From a virus, in the IMG/VR virus record IMGVR_UViG_3300046328_001165, positions 28,684 through 92,683 of that record: a stretch of 64,000 nucleotides of DNA, one strand, 5' to 3'. Made by a program: the position numbers and the translations under genes. The notes under the pieces were generated by a model, which was not told the origin of the DNA, searched no databases, and saw nothing but the letters and a program-made list of their open reading frames with translations. Numbering within the stretch: position 1 is the first letter of the stretch; each line of letters begins with the position of its first letter. Shown here piece by piece: positions 26,734-36,777 of the stretch.

Positions 26734-29184
26734 ATGTCAACAGTCACCCAAAAACTATCAAATTACCCTTTATTGCCCTACCCTTTGCAGGTGGGCAATT
26801 TGCAATGGTCAGAGAAACTAGAAGACTACCCATCGGGCGAGATTCTATATAAGGGGAATACCTTGGAAGTCGCCAACGCGATCGCCGCAGCATACCCAGA
26901 TCTCAAGGTCGTAACTATCGAAGGTATCGGCTTTGTAGTTGCCCCTGCTGGCGTATCGGTCAAGAGATCTCGTTTTGGTCGAGGTGATATTGAAACTTAT
27001 GATGTAACTGTGCAGCTAGAATCAAAGTGGAAAGCTAAGTGTCAGCGCAAGATCGGTATCGCTCCATTCTTACAAAGAGATGCATTCTCGAAGTTCAAAT
27101 ATGCATCTAGTGTCAGTGTTAGCGCGATCGCCTCTTTCTTGGGTATCTCGTATATTGGACCAGCCATTTTCTACTCACCTGAACAAATCGAAACGACTTT
27201 TGAAGAAATACTGAGGACTAATTGCAGGAGGCTTGGGTGTTTTATTAGCTTTTCAAACCCTCAAGCAGTTAAATTGGTAGCGATCGATGGTGTCGGAGAT
27301 TATGCATTTCCAAATTCGGTAGTGATCGATAGTGGCAGTAGTAAAAGAGATCCTGTCCTGCCGATCATTGATAATGTCCTTGTAACAGGTAAATTTTCTA
27401 GAGATCCTTTCGATGAGCAGGATGCCTTATTACTGCCATTGGAACCAGTTCGGGAAGTGATTAAACAGGGTGAAGATGCTAGCAGGTTAACCGAAAAGGA
27501 AAGCTACGGAACGCTGACCAATCTGGACTTAAATTTTGACGTATCTGGACCAAAAAAAGTCTACACAGAGACAACTTTTATCGACAATATCGTTGTTAAG
27601 GAGATTAGTAAAACTTACGGGTTTGCGTACAGAGGTATTGATATTGCAGTCTTTGGCAATATTCAGGGCGTGAATACGATTATCAAGTTAAACGGTTCCC
27701 CTCAACTTTATTGGACGCAAGTTGAGGAACAGATTACAGACTACAACTATGAATCGATAACTTCTGACTTTAATGTGATTGCCACTTATGAAGGTCGGAC
27801 AGTCTCTATCTATGTAAATCCAGACTCCGTAAATATCCTGTCGGTAAATGGCAACCAAGTTTTTTTAAAAAATGCCAAATACCTTTTAGGCACTAAAACG
27901 TCTGGATGGAAACTTGTACGCCTCCAAAAAGAAGAGACAAAGCCTTTGGGGTCTTGGGTCAAAGCCCCTCCAGCGGTAAGTGCTCAGACGTATCAAACGC
28001 TAAGATATGGGGCTGAACTTTGTCGGTTCAACAAGGTTGAAATAAGAGGCAGCTCTGGTGTTGAGGTTGAACCGCTAAGAAAACTTTATGGGAAATCTAC
28101 GCCAATACCTTTCACTTTAGAGGTCAAAAAATACACCGATCTTGATCCAAGTACGATTACAAGGGCGGGAATTCCAGCAAGACTTATAGAGCGTAATGGC
28201 GTTATGGTCGTTGACCCTGAGTATGTCGTGGGGATAGTTAGCGCAAATGTTTCTGATTCAGAACCGTACTGGCTAAAATCGGAGTCGAGTTTTAGATCGG
28301 CGTTTACTTACGGCAAGAGCCCGAAATACAACCCCTACCTCCCAGACAACACACAAAAGCTGCGGAAAGCTGGCGATGTTAGCCCTGAATATATCTTTGC
28401 AGGGGACGAAAGCTACACCAGCGCGGTTCGCAGGGTTTTTGTTGATTCCAAAGACCAGAATATTACGGGTAAATCCTCTTCGGAGCCTTTTGATTACGCC
28501 GAGCTTTACGAAGAAGTCCTGCTGAACGACACAGCTCAGGGACCCAATTTCTTGGAAGCAGCAAGTGAAGCGACCAAGGAAATAAAAAGAGGTAAACCCC
28601 CGATCGCTCAGGTTCAGCTCAAGCGTTGGGGGACAGCCAAGGAAAAAGCCCGAATTGCCAGCCCAAACAGTGTTCGTCGCTACACTTATGCAAAATACTA
28701 CGCAACATCGGATTTGCTGACCACATTCCCTGCGGATATTATTTTGAGGTACACCGACAGCGATGTGATCGATCTCCCTTACGCCAACACCGTGCAAGAA
28801 GCTCAAAAGACTCTGGAAACTGATTTGCGGGTAGCTGGCATGAATAATGCGATCGCTGCAAAGAAATTGGCATGGTATTACCCAAATATCCGCGTGGGCG
28901 ATCGCGTTACGTTTAGCGAAGGTCGGCTACGAGCTATTTCAGTGTCGAACAACCTTGAGTATAGGGGCTTGCAAAATGGGGCGTTGATGGTTGTTTCTGA
29001 GGGTACGCAGGTAGAATGTGGGTATGACAAAGCCCGATCTGTTACGATAAAACAGGCGACCTACAGCCGTAACCTTGACAGCGAGATCGCCCCTGATGTC
29101 AGAATCAAGGGTAACGACAGCATATCGGCTGGCGAGTTTGTCTACAACACTTCTAGGAGGAGGGACTTCAATGCCAAGCGATAA
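26734..29184 (+). CDS. Putative baseplate hub/central tail protein
   Basis: 816 aa; C-terminal YYPNIRVGDRV motif typical of hub proteins; positional. Confidence 0.55.
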   Translation: MSTVTQKLSNYPLLPYPLQVGNLQWSEKLEDYPSGEILYKGNTLEVANAIAAAYPDLKVVTIEGIGFVVAPAGVSVKRSRFGRGDIETYDVTVQLESKWKAKCQRKIGIAPFLQRDAFSKFKYASSVSVSAIASFLGISYIGPAIFYSPEQIETTFEEILRTNCRRLGCFISFSNPQAVKLVAIDGVGDYAFPNSVVIDSGSSKRDPVLPIIDNVLVTGKFSRDPFDEQDALLLPLEPVREVIKQGEDASRLTEKESYGTLTNLDLNFDVSGPKKVYTETTFIDNIVVKEISKTYGFAYRGIDIAVFGNIQGVNTIIKLNGSPQLYWTQVEEQITDYNYESITSDFNVIATYEGRTVSIYVNPDSVNILSVNGNQVFLKNAKYLLGTKTSGWKLVRLQKEETKPLGSWVKAPPAVSAQTYQTLRYGAELCRFNKVEIRGSSGVEVEPLRKLYGKSTPIPFTLEVKKYTDLDPSTITRAGIPARLIERNGVMVVDPEYVVGIVSANVSDSEPYWLKSESSFRSAFTYGKSPKYNPYLPDNTQKLRKAGDVSPEYIFAGDESYTSAVRRVFVDSKDQNITGKSSSEPFDYAELYEEVLLNDTAQGPNFLEAASEATKEIKRGKPPIAQVQLKRWGTAKEKARIASPNSVRRYTYAKYYATSDLLTTFPADIILRYTDSDVIDLPYANTVQEAQKTLETDLRVAGMNNAIAAKKLAWYYPNIRVGDRVTFSEGRLRAISVSNNLEYRGLQNGALMVVSEGTQVECGYDKARSVTIKQATYSRNLDSEIAPDVRIKGNDSISAGEFVYNTSRRRDFNAKR

Positions 29185-29344
29185 CGATATTGTCCAGAGA
29201 TTTACTGAAATAATCAAGCAAGCCTCCCCAAGCGTCACAAGATCGCCGTCTGGTATATCTATAACCCAAGGCGAGCAAACTTACGAGATTCCCTTTAGGA
29301 TTGATGCCACATCCGTAGCTAAAGTGGTCTTACTAAAAAAATGA
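29171..29344 (+). CDS. Small tail-module protein
   Basis: ATG 29171 after GGAGG; ATGA overlap with next gene. Confidence 0.5.
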   Translation: MPSDNDIVQRFTEIIKQASPSVTRSPSGISITQGEQTYEIPFRIDATSVAKVVLLKK

Positions 29345-31659
29345 GCACCCCCGAAGAGCTGCTAGTTCAAATTCTGGCGAATGATAAGAAAATTGCTTTT
29401 GGGACAACTCTTGGTACTGACGTTAATGATAATTGTACCGTCCAGACAACAAGTGGCAGTATTTTGGCGCGATCGCCTGATCGTATATCTGCGGGTAATT
29501 GTATAGCTCTTAAAACTGATGACGGTGAATGGTATGCCCTTTCCGCCAGCCTTTCTGGGAGTGTGCAAAAATCTACAATATTCAAGAAGGTAAACAGGAC
29601 TGAAAAAGGCGATCGGGGGACAACTGAGGTTATTTTTCTTTTTCAAAAGACCAACGGGAATATTCTTGATTTTTATGTTGGGGGAGACAGGGATAGCCCC
29701 GAAGTTTTTTACAGGATAGAGAAATTTAAGGTAGGTAAGGTTCTGTCGCTTGTTTACGGGTCGATTCAGAAAACAGGGATTTATAAAAACAGCTTTGTCG
29801 TAAATCTGCTTATAAAAGAAGATCCTTATGTCGCTAGGTTTGACGACATCACGGAGCCTTCTACTTACTATCTATACACCATCAGAAGTATAGATGAAGG
29901 CAGTAAAGAGGAAGATGCCGAGATTGATGCCTTAGACGATTCAAGGCTTGAGGATGGCATTTACCTCTCACCAACGTTAAGCGCTTTTAAACAGAGCTTG
30001 GTTTTACCTCGATACCCAAGTCGTGATGGGTCTCAATTGTTGCAAAACTTCAGAGCTACATTAAGCGATCGCGGCTTTTACTTTGGCTTTGGTGAACCAG
30101 ACCCGCAAGAGGTTAAAGGCTTCGCCGATTTTATTTTTCAATACGGATATTTTGGCAGCTTTGAGATTGGGCTAGGAACTATATCTGAGAATCGCAGTGG
30201 AGCGTGGCACGAATTAAATATCCCCTTTGACGAGATCCCTGTCGGCTCGGTTATTCCAAGCGCAAACCTCGACTCTATTCCCCAGTTTTCGCCTGGTCAA
30301 CTCAAATATCAGCAAGAACCTTTCCAGACGGAATACGACTACACCCATGTTAAGAACCAGTATGTCGATCCACCAGTCGGGGCAGGCGTTTTTTACCGTG
30401 TGTATTTGCAGGTACAGTCAAGATCGGATTCTCAGTATGGGGGTGCGACTCTGTACGTTACCTCAGCCAGTCCTGGCGGTAATAGGCTTTTAAACCCTCC
30501 CACAAATTTATTTATAAGAACCTCTGGTTTTCGGCTTGCAGGTCCCGTTTCGGTCGTGGGTTATCGAGACACTCTTAATGTTGGCAACCAGAACGGGACA
30601 AGTACGACTAGAGGGCAAGGTATAGAATTTTCGACTGGGAATGGCAATGTAATTGTATTTGCTGGTATTTACAACTTTGACGACCCTCCCTTTAGTGGGA
30701 CTGGCGACACTGTTGAAGGAACTGCATCAGTTTACAAAATACTCAGAGAGGATGGTCCAGAAGGCGATGATGGATGTAGCGACGTTGATGCGAATAACTA
30801 TGTTGAAAGACAGCCTCCTCAATATCCAGATGAGTATGATTTTGAGGATGACAGGCGAACACCAAAAACTTGTACTTACAACCCTTTTGTAGTCAGAGCA
30901 AACCAACGTACTGTCGAATGTTCTTTCGAGTTGGATACTGATATCGAAGTAGATGTTTTGCCTGAGCCAGAAATTACGCCAACCCAGCAGATATTCTCCT
31001 TTAACAATCCAATCCGAACGCTCACAACAACTTTCCCTGACGAAGAGATCCTTGACACTCGCGAATACAGTATCCCGATCGCTGGCGGAGGGCTAACTTC
31101 GCAACAAATTGTCGTAACCCACATCCCTAGAGATCCTTTTACCATTGGCAGGGTCGAACCACAGAGGTTACTTTTTGAGGGAGAGTATTTTGATACAAAA
31201 TTTTTGACTGTCAGCCATGATAAGCAGACTGTTTTGGTGAAAAAGCTTCCTAAGTACCCGACAGAAATCCAGAATGAGATTGAGGCGACAACGATCGGTA
31301 ACACCCCAACGATAAGCTCTGAGCAGATCGCCTTGCGGGATACTGTGGTTACTGGGCTAGGTCAGGATATACCTTATTCTCAGTTTAAGATACCGAGCAA
31401 CTTCTTTGATGCCCCCAGCATAAACAATGGCAACTACATCTTTGACCTTTACTCTGCAAATTTTGCGTTCGATGACACTATTTTTGTTGTGGCAGCGATC
31501 GCTATTCCCGAAGATGGTAAAACTATTGAAATTATAAAAACCAAGACAAGAACACCTCAAGGGGCTATATCAATCAGTCACGAACCACTATATAGCGATT
31601 TCGTTGGTGATACGATTGGAGATATCGTTGATGCCAGCGCTTTCTTCGAGGCAGATTAA
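29341..31659 (+). CDS. Putative tail/baseplate protein
   Basis: 772 aa; OB-like N-terminus, acidic beta-rich remainder. Confidence 0.6.
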   Translation: MSTPEELLVQILANDKKIAFGTTLGTDVNDNCTVQTTSGSILARSPDRISAGNCIALKTDDGEWYALSASLSGSVQKSTIFKKVNRTEKGDRGTTEVIFLFQKTNGNILDFYVGGDRDSPEVFYRIEKFKVGKVLSLVYGSIQKTGIYKNSFVVNLLIKEDPYVARFDDITEPSTYYLYTIRSIDEGSKEEDAEIDALDDSRLEDGIYLSPTLSAFKQSLVLPRYPSRDGSQLLQNFRATLSDRGFYFGFGEPDPQEVKGFADFIFQYGYFGSFEIGLGTISENRSGAWHELNIPFDEIPVGSVIPSANLDSIPQFSPGQLKYQQEPFQTEYDYTHVKNQYVDPPVGAGVFYRVYLQVQSRSDSQYGGATLYVTSASPGGNRLLNPPTNLFIRTSGFRLAGPVSVVGYRDTLNVGNQNGTSTTRGQGIEFSTGNGNVIVFAGIYNFDDPPFSGTGDTVEGTASVYKILREDGPEGDDGCSDVDANNYVERQPPQYPDEYDFEDDRRTPKTCTYNPFVVRANQRTVECSFELDTDIEVDVLPEPEITPTQQIFSFNNPIRTLTTTFPDEEILDTREYSIPIAGGGLTSQQIVVTHIPRDPFTIGRVEPQRLLFEGEYFDTKFLTVSHDKQTVLVKKLPKYPTEIQNEIEATTIGNTPTISSEQIALRDTVVTGLGQDIPYSQFKIPSNFFDAPSINNGNYIFDLYSANFAFDDTIFVVAAIAIPEDGKTIEIIKTKTRTPQGAISISHEPLYSDFVGDTIGDIVDASAFFEAD

Positions 31660-31713
31660 TCGTTCATTCCGCCACAAAAATACAACGCGATCGCTGCATC
31701 GTAAAATCAAAAT

Positions 31714-34065
31714 ATGAGATATCAATATCAAGGCACACCAGAAACCCCGCCAGCACTTCAATTAAGCCTATTCTCTGGCAGTAGCGGTGTGGGGGGTGAA
31801 AAATACTTTTGGCTCCAATACCGTAACCGCGCTGGGTATAGTGCGGTTGGTCAGGTGTCCTCAATTAATGCGATTAATGGGACGATTTCGATTACTATCC
31901 CTTCAGGCGCAAAGCCTCTCGCGAATGGCACTGTTTTTGGCGTTGATATTCAAGAGTATGTAATCCTCTCTTCTAAAACGAATGACCCTAGCTCGGCATT
32001 TGTTATTGCAACGTTCCCTGGGTATCAAGTCGATGGGACACCTTATGAGCTTCCCGCAGTTGTAAGCGTATTTGGATACCCTGAAGTCTCGGAATTGACC
32101 GTAGCAAACGAAGCGGCGCTGCCACTTAACCCTATTCATGGCATGAGAAGGGCGGTCGCCAATCCAAGCCAAGTCTTTGCCTATGACGCAATATTTAGCC
32201 CTATCGGATGGAAACCAGCTTACCCACCACTACTCTCGACTTACGTTTTAAACACTCAGTTTGAGAATGGTGCTGACATACCTATTTCCGACATTGTTGA
32301 CGGGTCGGTGGTTATAACTCCAAGTTACGGGGTGGATGGGACTTTCAGCAAATCGGTCGGATTCTGGCTGGTTAACGACAGCAACAACGAAATTCCAGAA
32401 GGCATTCAAATTGGTGTCTCTTTTGATCTTGACAACGTAGATGTTTCGAGCCAGTTCATCGGTCTAGCCTCAATCACCTTTCAAGGCTATGTGGATACGA
32501 ATACAGGAACTTTGGATGTGTCGGGCATGATTGTGAATACGAGCGTTCCCTATTCGGGCGCACAGACTGGCATGGTTTTGCAGAAAGCCTTGCCAGTTGG
32601 TATCGCAATCCTAATCCAATTCCAGTTAAATTTTAGGGCTTTTCAATTAGCTAACCGCCCAGTACAAGGATCTGTACTCAGGGTTTCTCCATACATTTAT
32701 TCTGAGGTTGCTAGATTCGATCCAAATGGGGCGATCAATGGCTCATTAATTGCGGCAGAGTTTGGGCGGCGAAGAATCGTGCCAACCGCAGGAGCAAATG
32801 CCGCCAAAGCCTTAAAAGGGACTGGAAATATATCGATCGCAGGAGTAGGCGCTTATACTTTTACGGGCGTGACAGAATTGGATGTGATTGGATTAGAACC
32901 AAATACAGCTAACCAGAAAGCGTTTATTTCAATCAATGGTCCCCTCTATGTCGCCGACTCCACGATCGCAGGAGCAAGGCAACGTGCTTTAATCGGCACA
33001 ATTGATGGCATTGGGCATATCACCGATTGGAGTGGAAGCTATGCCCTTGACGAGACAAAAGCCCTACAAGTTGTAGCTACCTATCCTGCAAACATCTCAA
33101 ATATCTACCCCGATGTAGTCTCAGGAAATTCGGACGGAATTTTTAACGCCTCCGATATTCGGGTCTATGTGCGACCTGTTGGTGGTGGAGATATAAAATC
33201 ATTCGATACCAGTGTTACAGTTGGTGCGCCGCAAAATTTTGTTGTGGGTATAACTGGTACTGGCTCTGTAGATACCATTCCGCCAACTCCTGCTGATAAC
33301 TTTGGCTTGTACCGAGCCGAAGATGGAGTTTACGATGTCAGCGTTATCCTTACGACCAGCGACTTTGTGGCTGGTAATTACGAGATCGCGATCGCCTATG
33401 TGTTCAGTGGTAAAGTAACCAGCATTAGCCATAGTACCGATGACGGCAATATCTATGAAGCTTCGGGGACATGGGCAGAATTGTATCAAGCCGCCGACTA
33501 CTGGAAATACGCCGTAACTAACCCAGCAGCACTTAGGGCTTTGCCTTCTGCGGGGTATGTCAATTTCCATAGACGGGCGATCGCTAGTTTAGGATTAGAG
33601 GTTGTCTGGAATGCTTTGTCGGTGGAAGTTGATGATGGTATTAATTTCTTCAAGCCTAGCGATCGGGATGTTTTGCAGCCTGGTCGCTATGAAGCGATCA
33701 TCGCTCAGCTAAACAAAAGCCAAACCTATCGGGCGGCTCAATCTGTTCAAGTTGTTGAATACATCGCAGTACTCGGTGGTACAACCACCATTGACTTATC
33801 CGCAGGGAATGCGCGAGTTGTCTTTGAGGCAACGGGTGATACGGCGATCTCCTTTATTAACTCTTTTGATGGCGGGTCTTGGGTTATCCACCTTATTCAG
33901 CCCGATACAGGGGCGCTCTGTAATATTGAGTGGATAGACCTATTTATTGACTGGGGTGTTTTTGGTGAACCACCTCTAAGTGAAAATAAGCGAGATATAG
34001 TCACATTGGTCGGAGATAGTGGTTTGCTATTCGGCTTTTCAACCCCAAACTTTAGGAGGGTGTAA
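31714..34065 (+). CDS. Putative tail fibre/baseplate protein
   Basis: 783 aa, beta-rich; C-terminal IDLSAGN...LIQPDTG...W...PPLS...DIV fibre-type domain. Confidence 0.6.
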   Translation: MRYQYQGTPETPPALQLSLFSGSSGVGGEKYFWLQYRNRAGYSAVGQVSSINAINGTISITIPSGAKPLANGTVFGVDIQEYVILSSKTNDPSSAFVIATFPGYQVDGTPYELPAVVSVFGYPEVSELTVANEAALPLNPIHGMRRAVANPSQVFAYDAIFSPIGWKPAYPPLLSTYVLNTQFENGADIPISDIVDGSVVITPSYGVDGTFSKSVGFWLVNDSNNEIPEGIQIGVSFDLDNVDVSSQFIGLASITFQGYVDTNTGTLDVSGMIVNTSVPYSGAQTGMVLQKALPVGIAILIQFQLNFRAFQLANRPVQGSVLRVSPYIYSEVARFDPNGAINGSLIAAEFGRRRIVPTAGANAAKALKGTGNISIAGVGAYTFTGVTELDVIGLEPNTANQKAFISINGPLYVADSTIAGARQRALIGTIDGIGHITDWSGSYALDETKALQVVATYPANISNIYPDVVSGNSDGIFNASDIRVYVRPVGGGDIKSFDTSVTVGAPQNFVVGITGTGSVDTIPPTPADNFGLYRAEDGVYDVSVILTTSDFVAGNYEIAIAYVFSGKVTSISHSTDDGNIYEASGTWAELYQAADYWKYAVTNPAALRALPSAGYVNFHRRAIASLGLEVVWNALSVEVDDGINFFKPSDRDVLQPGRYEAIIAQLNKSQTYRAAQSVQVVEYIAVLGGTTTIDLSAGNARVVFEATGDTAISFINSFDGGSWVIHLIQPDTGALCNIEWIDLFIDWGVFGEPPLSENKRDIVTLVGDSGLLFGFSTPNFRRV

Positions 34066-35117
34066 TGGGATTTCCTCAACTACCTTTTAGCGCGTTCAGA
34101 AACAGGCGAGGTTTGCCCAATATTGTCGCGAGGCTCCTGCCTCGAACTAAGGGAGAGCGAGATAAAACCATGTTTGCGAGGTTGATTACTCGAAATACGT
34201 CAAGTGTATTAACCTCATTGCTTATGCGTTTGACAGGTGGCGCGAGTACAGAGAGAGACGCAACTATGTTTTCAAGGCTGATTGCTAGAGGGTCTGCCGC
34301 GATCCAAGTCTTAAACGAAATCGCTGGCAAATACATCGCTTACTGGGCTTTTGAGAGCTACACAAGCGACTTCAACTCAGGTATTTATCAGTGGAATGAT
34401 TCAACACCCAGCAATATCGGGTTAAACCCAAGCAATACTAATTTTGTTCAAGACGGGGTGACGGCTGGGCTTATCGGCAATGGATCTAAATCAATTGGGG
34501 GAGCATATCAGCCACCAAACTATGCTCCTGTTTCTGTACCTTTAACCTCTTACCCTTATTTTGTTTTTACGGGATGGATTAAATTTGACGGCATATTTAC
34601 GGCTGAGGACGCTGACGAAACTTCGGGAAGGCAGTTCACGCCCGAATCATATAGTTTTCAGTTGCTTAATGTAAATGTTGCTCCAAACTCCCTTTTTATA
34701 AATGTAGTTGCAGTACCTGGGGTTACTGGAGGAAGCGTTTTTGAAGAGCCTGGAGGAATGAGAACCAATGCAATTAGGGTTAACTACTATTACAACAGTG
34801 CGCTGGCTAGTATAGATATTCGATTCACAAACCAGTGGGTTTTTATATACGCAGAAATGGATGTGAGCAACAGGATACTTACTTTGGAGGTGAACGACAG
34901 CAGCCAGACAATTAATGGCTCTGGCTCCCCATCAGCAACCTTTACCGACGACATAATCGATGCTGTCGGTATTACTGTTAGTGGGTACAGTGGATACCAA
35001 GGCGATGATTTTATCGTGTTGATAGACGAAATGGGTTTCACTAACAACAGGCTAACGCCAGCAGAAAGAAGTTACATTTACAACAACGGCGCAGGGCGCA
35101 CTTATCCATTCAGCTAA
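34065..35117 (+). CDS. LamG/concanavalin-like receptor-binding protein
   Basis: IAYWAFE...FTGWIKF...WVFI...IDEMGFTNNRLTPAERSYIYNNGAG. Confidence 0.65.
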   Translation: MGFPQLPFSAFRNRRGLPNIVARLLPRTKGERDKTMFARLITRNTSSVLTSLLMRLTGGASTERDATMFSRLIARGSAAIQVLNEIAGKYIAYWAFESYTSDFNSGIYQWNDSTPSNIGLNPSNTNFVQDGVTAGLIGNGSKSIGGAYQPPNYAPVSVPLTSYPYFVFTGWIKFDGIFTAEDADETSGRQFTPESYSFQLLNVNVAPNSLFINVVAVPGVTGGSVFEEPGGMRTNAIRVNYYYNSALASIDIRFTNQWVFIYAEMDVSNRILTLEVNDSSQTINGSGSPSATFTDDIIDAVGITVSGYSGYQGDDFIVLIDEMGFTNNRLTPAERSYIYNNGAGRTYPFS

Positions 35118-35126
35118 ACTAAAACT

Positions 35127-35912
35127 ATGTCTCAGTCTACTTATTTAAAGGAAGAAGATGTCAAGTGGGTAAGGAATGTTGGGGCGTATGCGCCACCGCC
35201 CACTTCCTTGTGGATATCAATTCACGATGGCAATCCTCTACTTACAGGTGCGAACGAAATAGCTTTTTCCCGTGTTGAGGCAACCAGCTTTGGGGCTATT
35301 GTCACAAGCGACATTCTTAGGCAATTCCCTATCAGTCAATCTTTGGACTTTATAAACTCTCCGATCACTGGAACGGCGACCCATGTAGGCGTATGGGATT
35401 CACCTCTTGATGGAAACTTCTTGATCGGTGGTGAATTTGTAGGCGCTGATGGATTGCCAGCTCCAATAGCATTGGCGATCGCCAATGATGTGACGATCGC
35501 GGCAGGGGTGATTAAAATCTCTTACCAATTAGGCGTTTTTAGTGAATACTTTATTGATGCAAAGCTTAATTGGTATCAGGGCGTTGCTTTTCCAGTATTA
35601 CCCAGTGTTACCAACCCCATTTTTATTCAGATTGGGACTGGACTTGACTCTAGTGGCGCTGGAACTCCTTTCCTTGATCGGCAGGCTGTTTCTTGGGGTA
35701 GCGGAGTCACGATCGCTAATTATATTCGGGTATCGAATGATGCAACAGTAACAATAGGAACTGCTCCGCCACTTACTTCTTGTAACTCAGCAGCCTTTTA
35801 CGATGCTCAGGCTAATGGTAATTTGTTGTGGGCATCACAGTATCCAACTCAAACCTTCCTAAACGAGTCGCCTGTGTTCTTCTCTGCGGGGCAAATCAAC
35901 GCTGACTTCTAG
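35127..35912 (+). CDS. Tail-fibre-associated protein with duplicated domain
   Basis: THVGVWDSPLDGNFL and SAAFYDAQANGNLL repeats. Confidence 0.65.
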   Translation: MSQSTYLKEEDVKWVRNVGAYAPPPTSLWISIHDGNPLLTGANEIAFSRVEATSFGAIVTSDILRQFPISQSLDFINSPITGTATHVGVWDSPLDGNFLIGGEFVGADGLPAPIALAIANDVTIAAGVIKISYQLGVFSEYFIDAKLNWYQGVAFPVLPSVTNPIFIQIGTGLDSSGAGTPFLDRQAVSWGSGVTIANYIRVSNDATVTIGTAPPLTSCNSAAFYDAQANGNLLWASQYPTQTFLNESPVFFSAGQINADF

Positions 35913-36004
35913 AAGTTATTGAGGAGCGATCGCCAATTTCTCCACCCCTGCGATTACTTGTTGGGCAAAGGTCATATTCAGGGAAACTATTGGTAGCTAC
36001 CTCT

Positions 36005-36403
36005 ATGTCAATTGCAATCGCCCTCGTGGAGATCCCCGATTTAATCGGGCGCGTCTGCCAGCCCAACGAAGTAACTTTGGGTGAAGGTAACTCGATTACC
36101 TTTAACGTTAATTACGCTGGAGACATTACGCCGTTCAACGCGGCTAAGCGTACTATCCAGTATTCTGTGTCTGGTCTCTCTGGAACTGAAGTTACAAGTC
36201 TCCAGTCGCTTGCTGAGACAAATCTTGGCAACTTGGTTAAAAAGACTGACCCCTCCTACTCCGACATTTACCTTTCTGGATTGCTGCTTGAAGACAGCTT
36301 CCTGCGAAGTGTAAAGCCTTCGGGATCTCTGACCGTTGATTCTGAGGCGATCGTCGAAAAGACCGATCTAGTCTACGAAACCAAGGGTCGTTACTTAGTC
36401 TAA
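36005..36403 (+). CDS. Single-domain homolog of the 24400-25851 repeat; tail tube candidate
   Basis: GLLLEDSFLRSVKPS...LVYETK matches the repeat consensus; highly expressed codon style. Confidence 0.55.
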   Translation: MSIAIALVEIPDLIGRVCQPNEVTLGEGNSITFNVNYAGDITPFNAAKRTIQYSVSGLSGTEVTSLQSLAETNLGNLVKKTDPSYSDIYLSGLLLEDSFLRSVKPSGSLTVDSEAIVEKTDLVYETKGRYLV

Positions 36404-36409
36404 GTTCCG

Positions 36410-36460
36410 ATCTGAATAAAGCAAAAGCCCGTCAATGACGGGCTTTTGCTTTATTCAGAT
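36410..36460. terminator. Bidirectional terminator at convergence of the two arms
   Basis: Perfect 25-bp inverted repeat ATCTGAATAAAGCAAAAGCCCGTCA-a-TGACGGGCTTTTGCTTTATTCAGAT. Confidence 0.85.
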
Positions 36461-36777
36461 TCTTCTTTTATAATGAGTCTGTAAGCCTTGCCTTGACCTC
36501 CAGCCTCAGCTTTTTCAAGACCATAGGGGAAGCACATCTTTAATCCGATAATGTTTGTTTGTATCATGCAGATAATTTCAGCCCCCGTTGCAACCCACCC
36601 CCAATAATCAATACCTCGAAAATCGTTTCGAGTTTGATCTGGGGAGATGCTTACCTTTAAGGGACAAACAAACTGACTTCCGCACATTTTTACCTGACCC
36701 TTTGTGGGGTAGATATGAGACCAGTACGCCGCCCCGTCTCGCCCTACAACTTTGCTGCCGTAATAGATTTCTCTCAT
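36451..36777 (-). CDS. Hypothetical protein
   Basis: 108 aa; ATGA coupling. Confidence 0.65.
   Translation of the reverse strand: MREIYYGSKVVGRDGAAYWSHIYPTKGQVKMCGSQFVCPLKVSISPDQTRNDFRGIDYWGWVATGAEIICMIQTNIIGLKMCFPYGLEKAEAGGQGKAYRLIIKEESE

Noticed and set aside
29341-35912. Diversity-generating retroelement targeting tail fibres
   Set aside because: No reverse transcriptase and no TR/VR adenine-mismatch repeat pair noticed
7083-36403. Contractile injection system/tailocin
   Set aside because: No sheath or baseplate J recognised, and capsid genes are present
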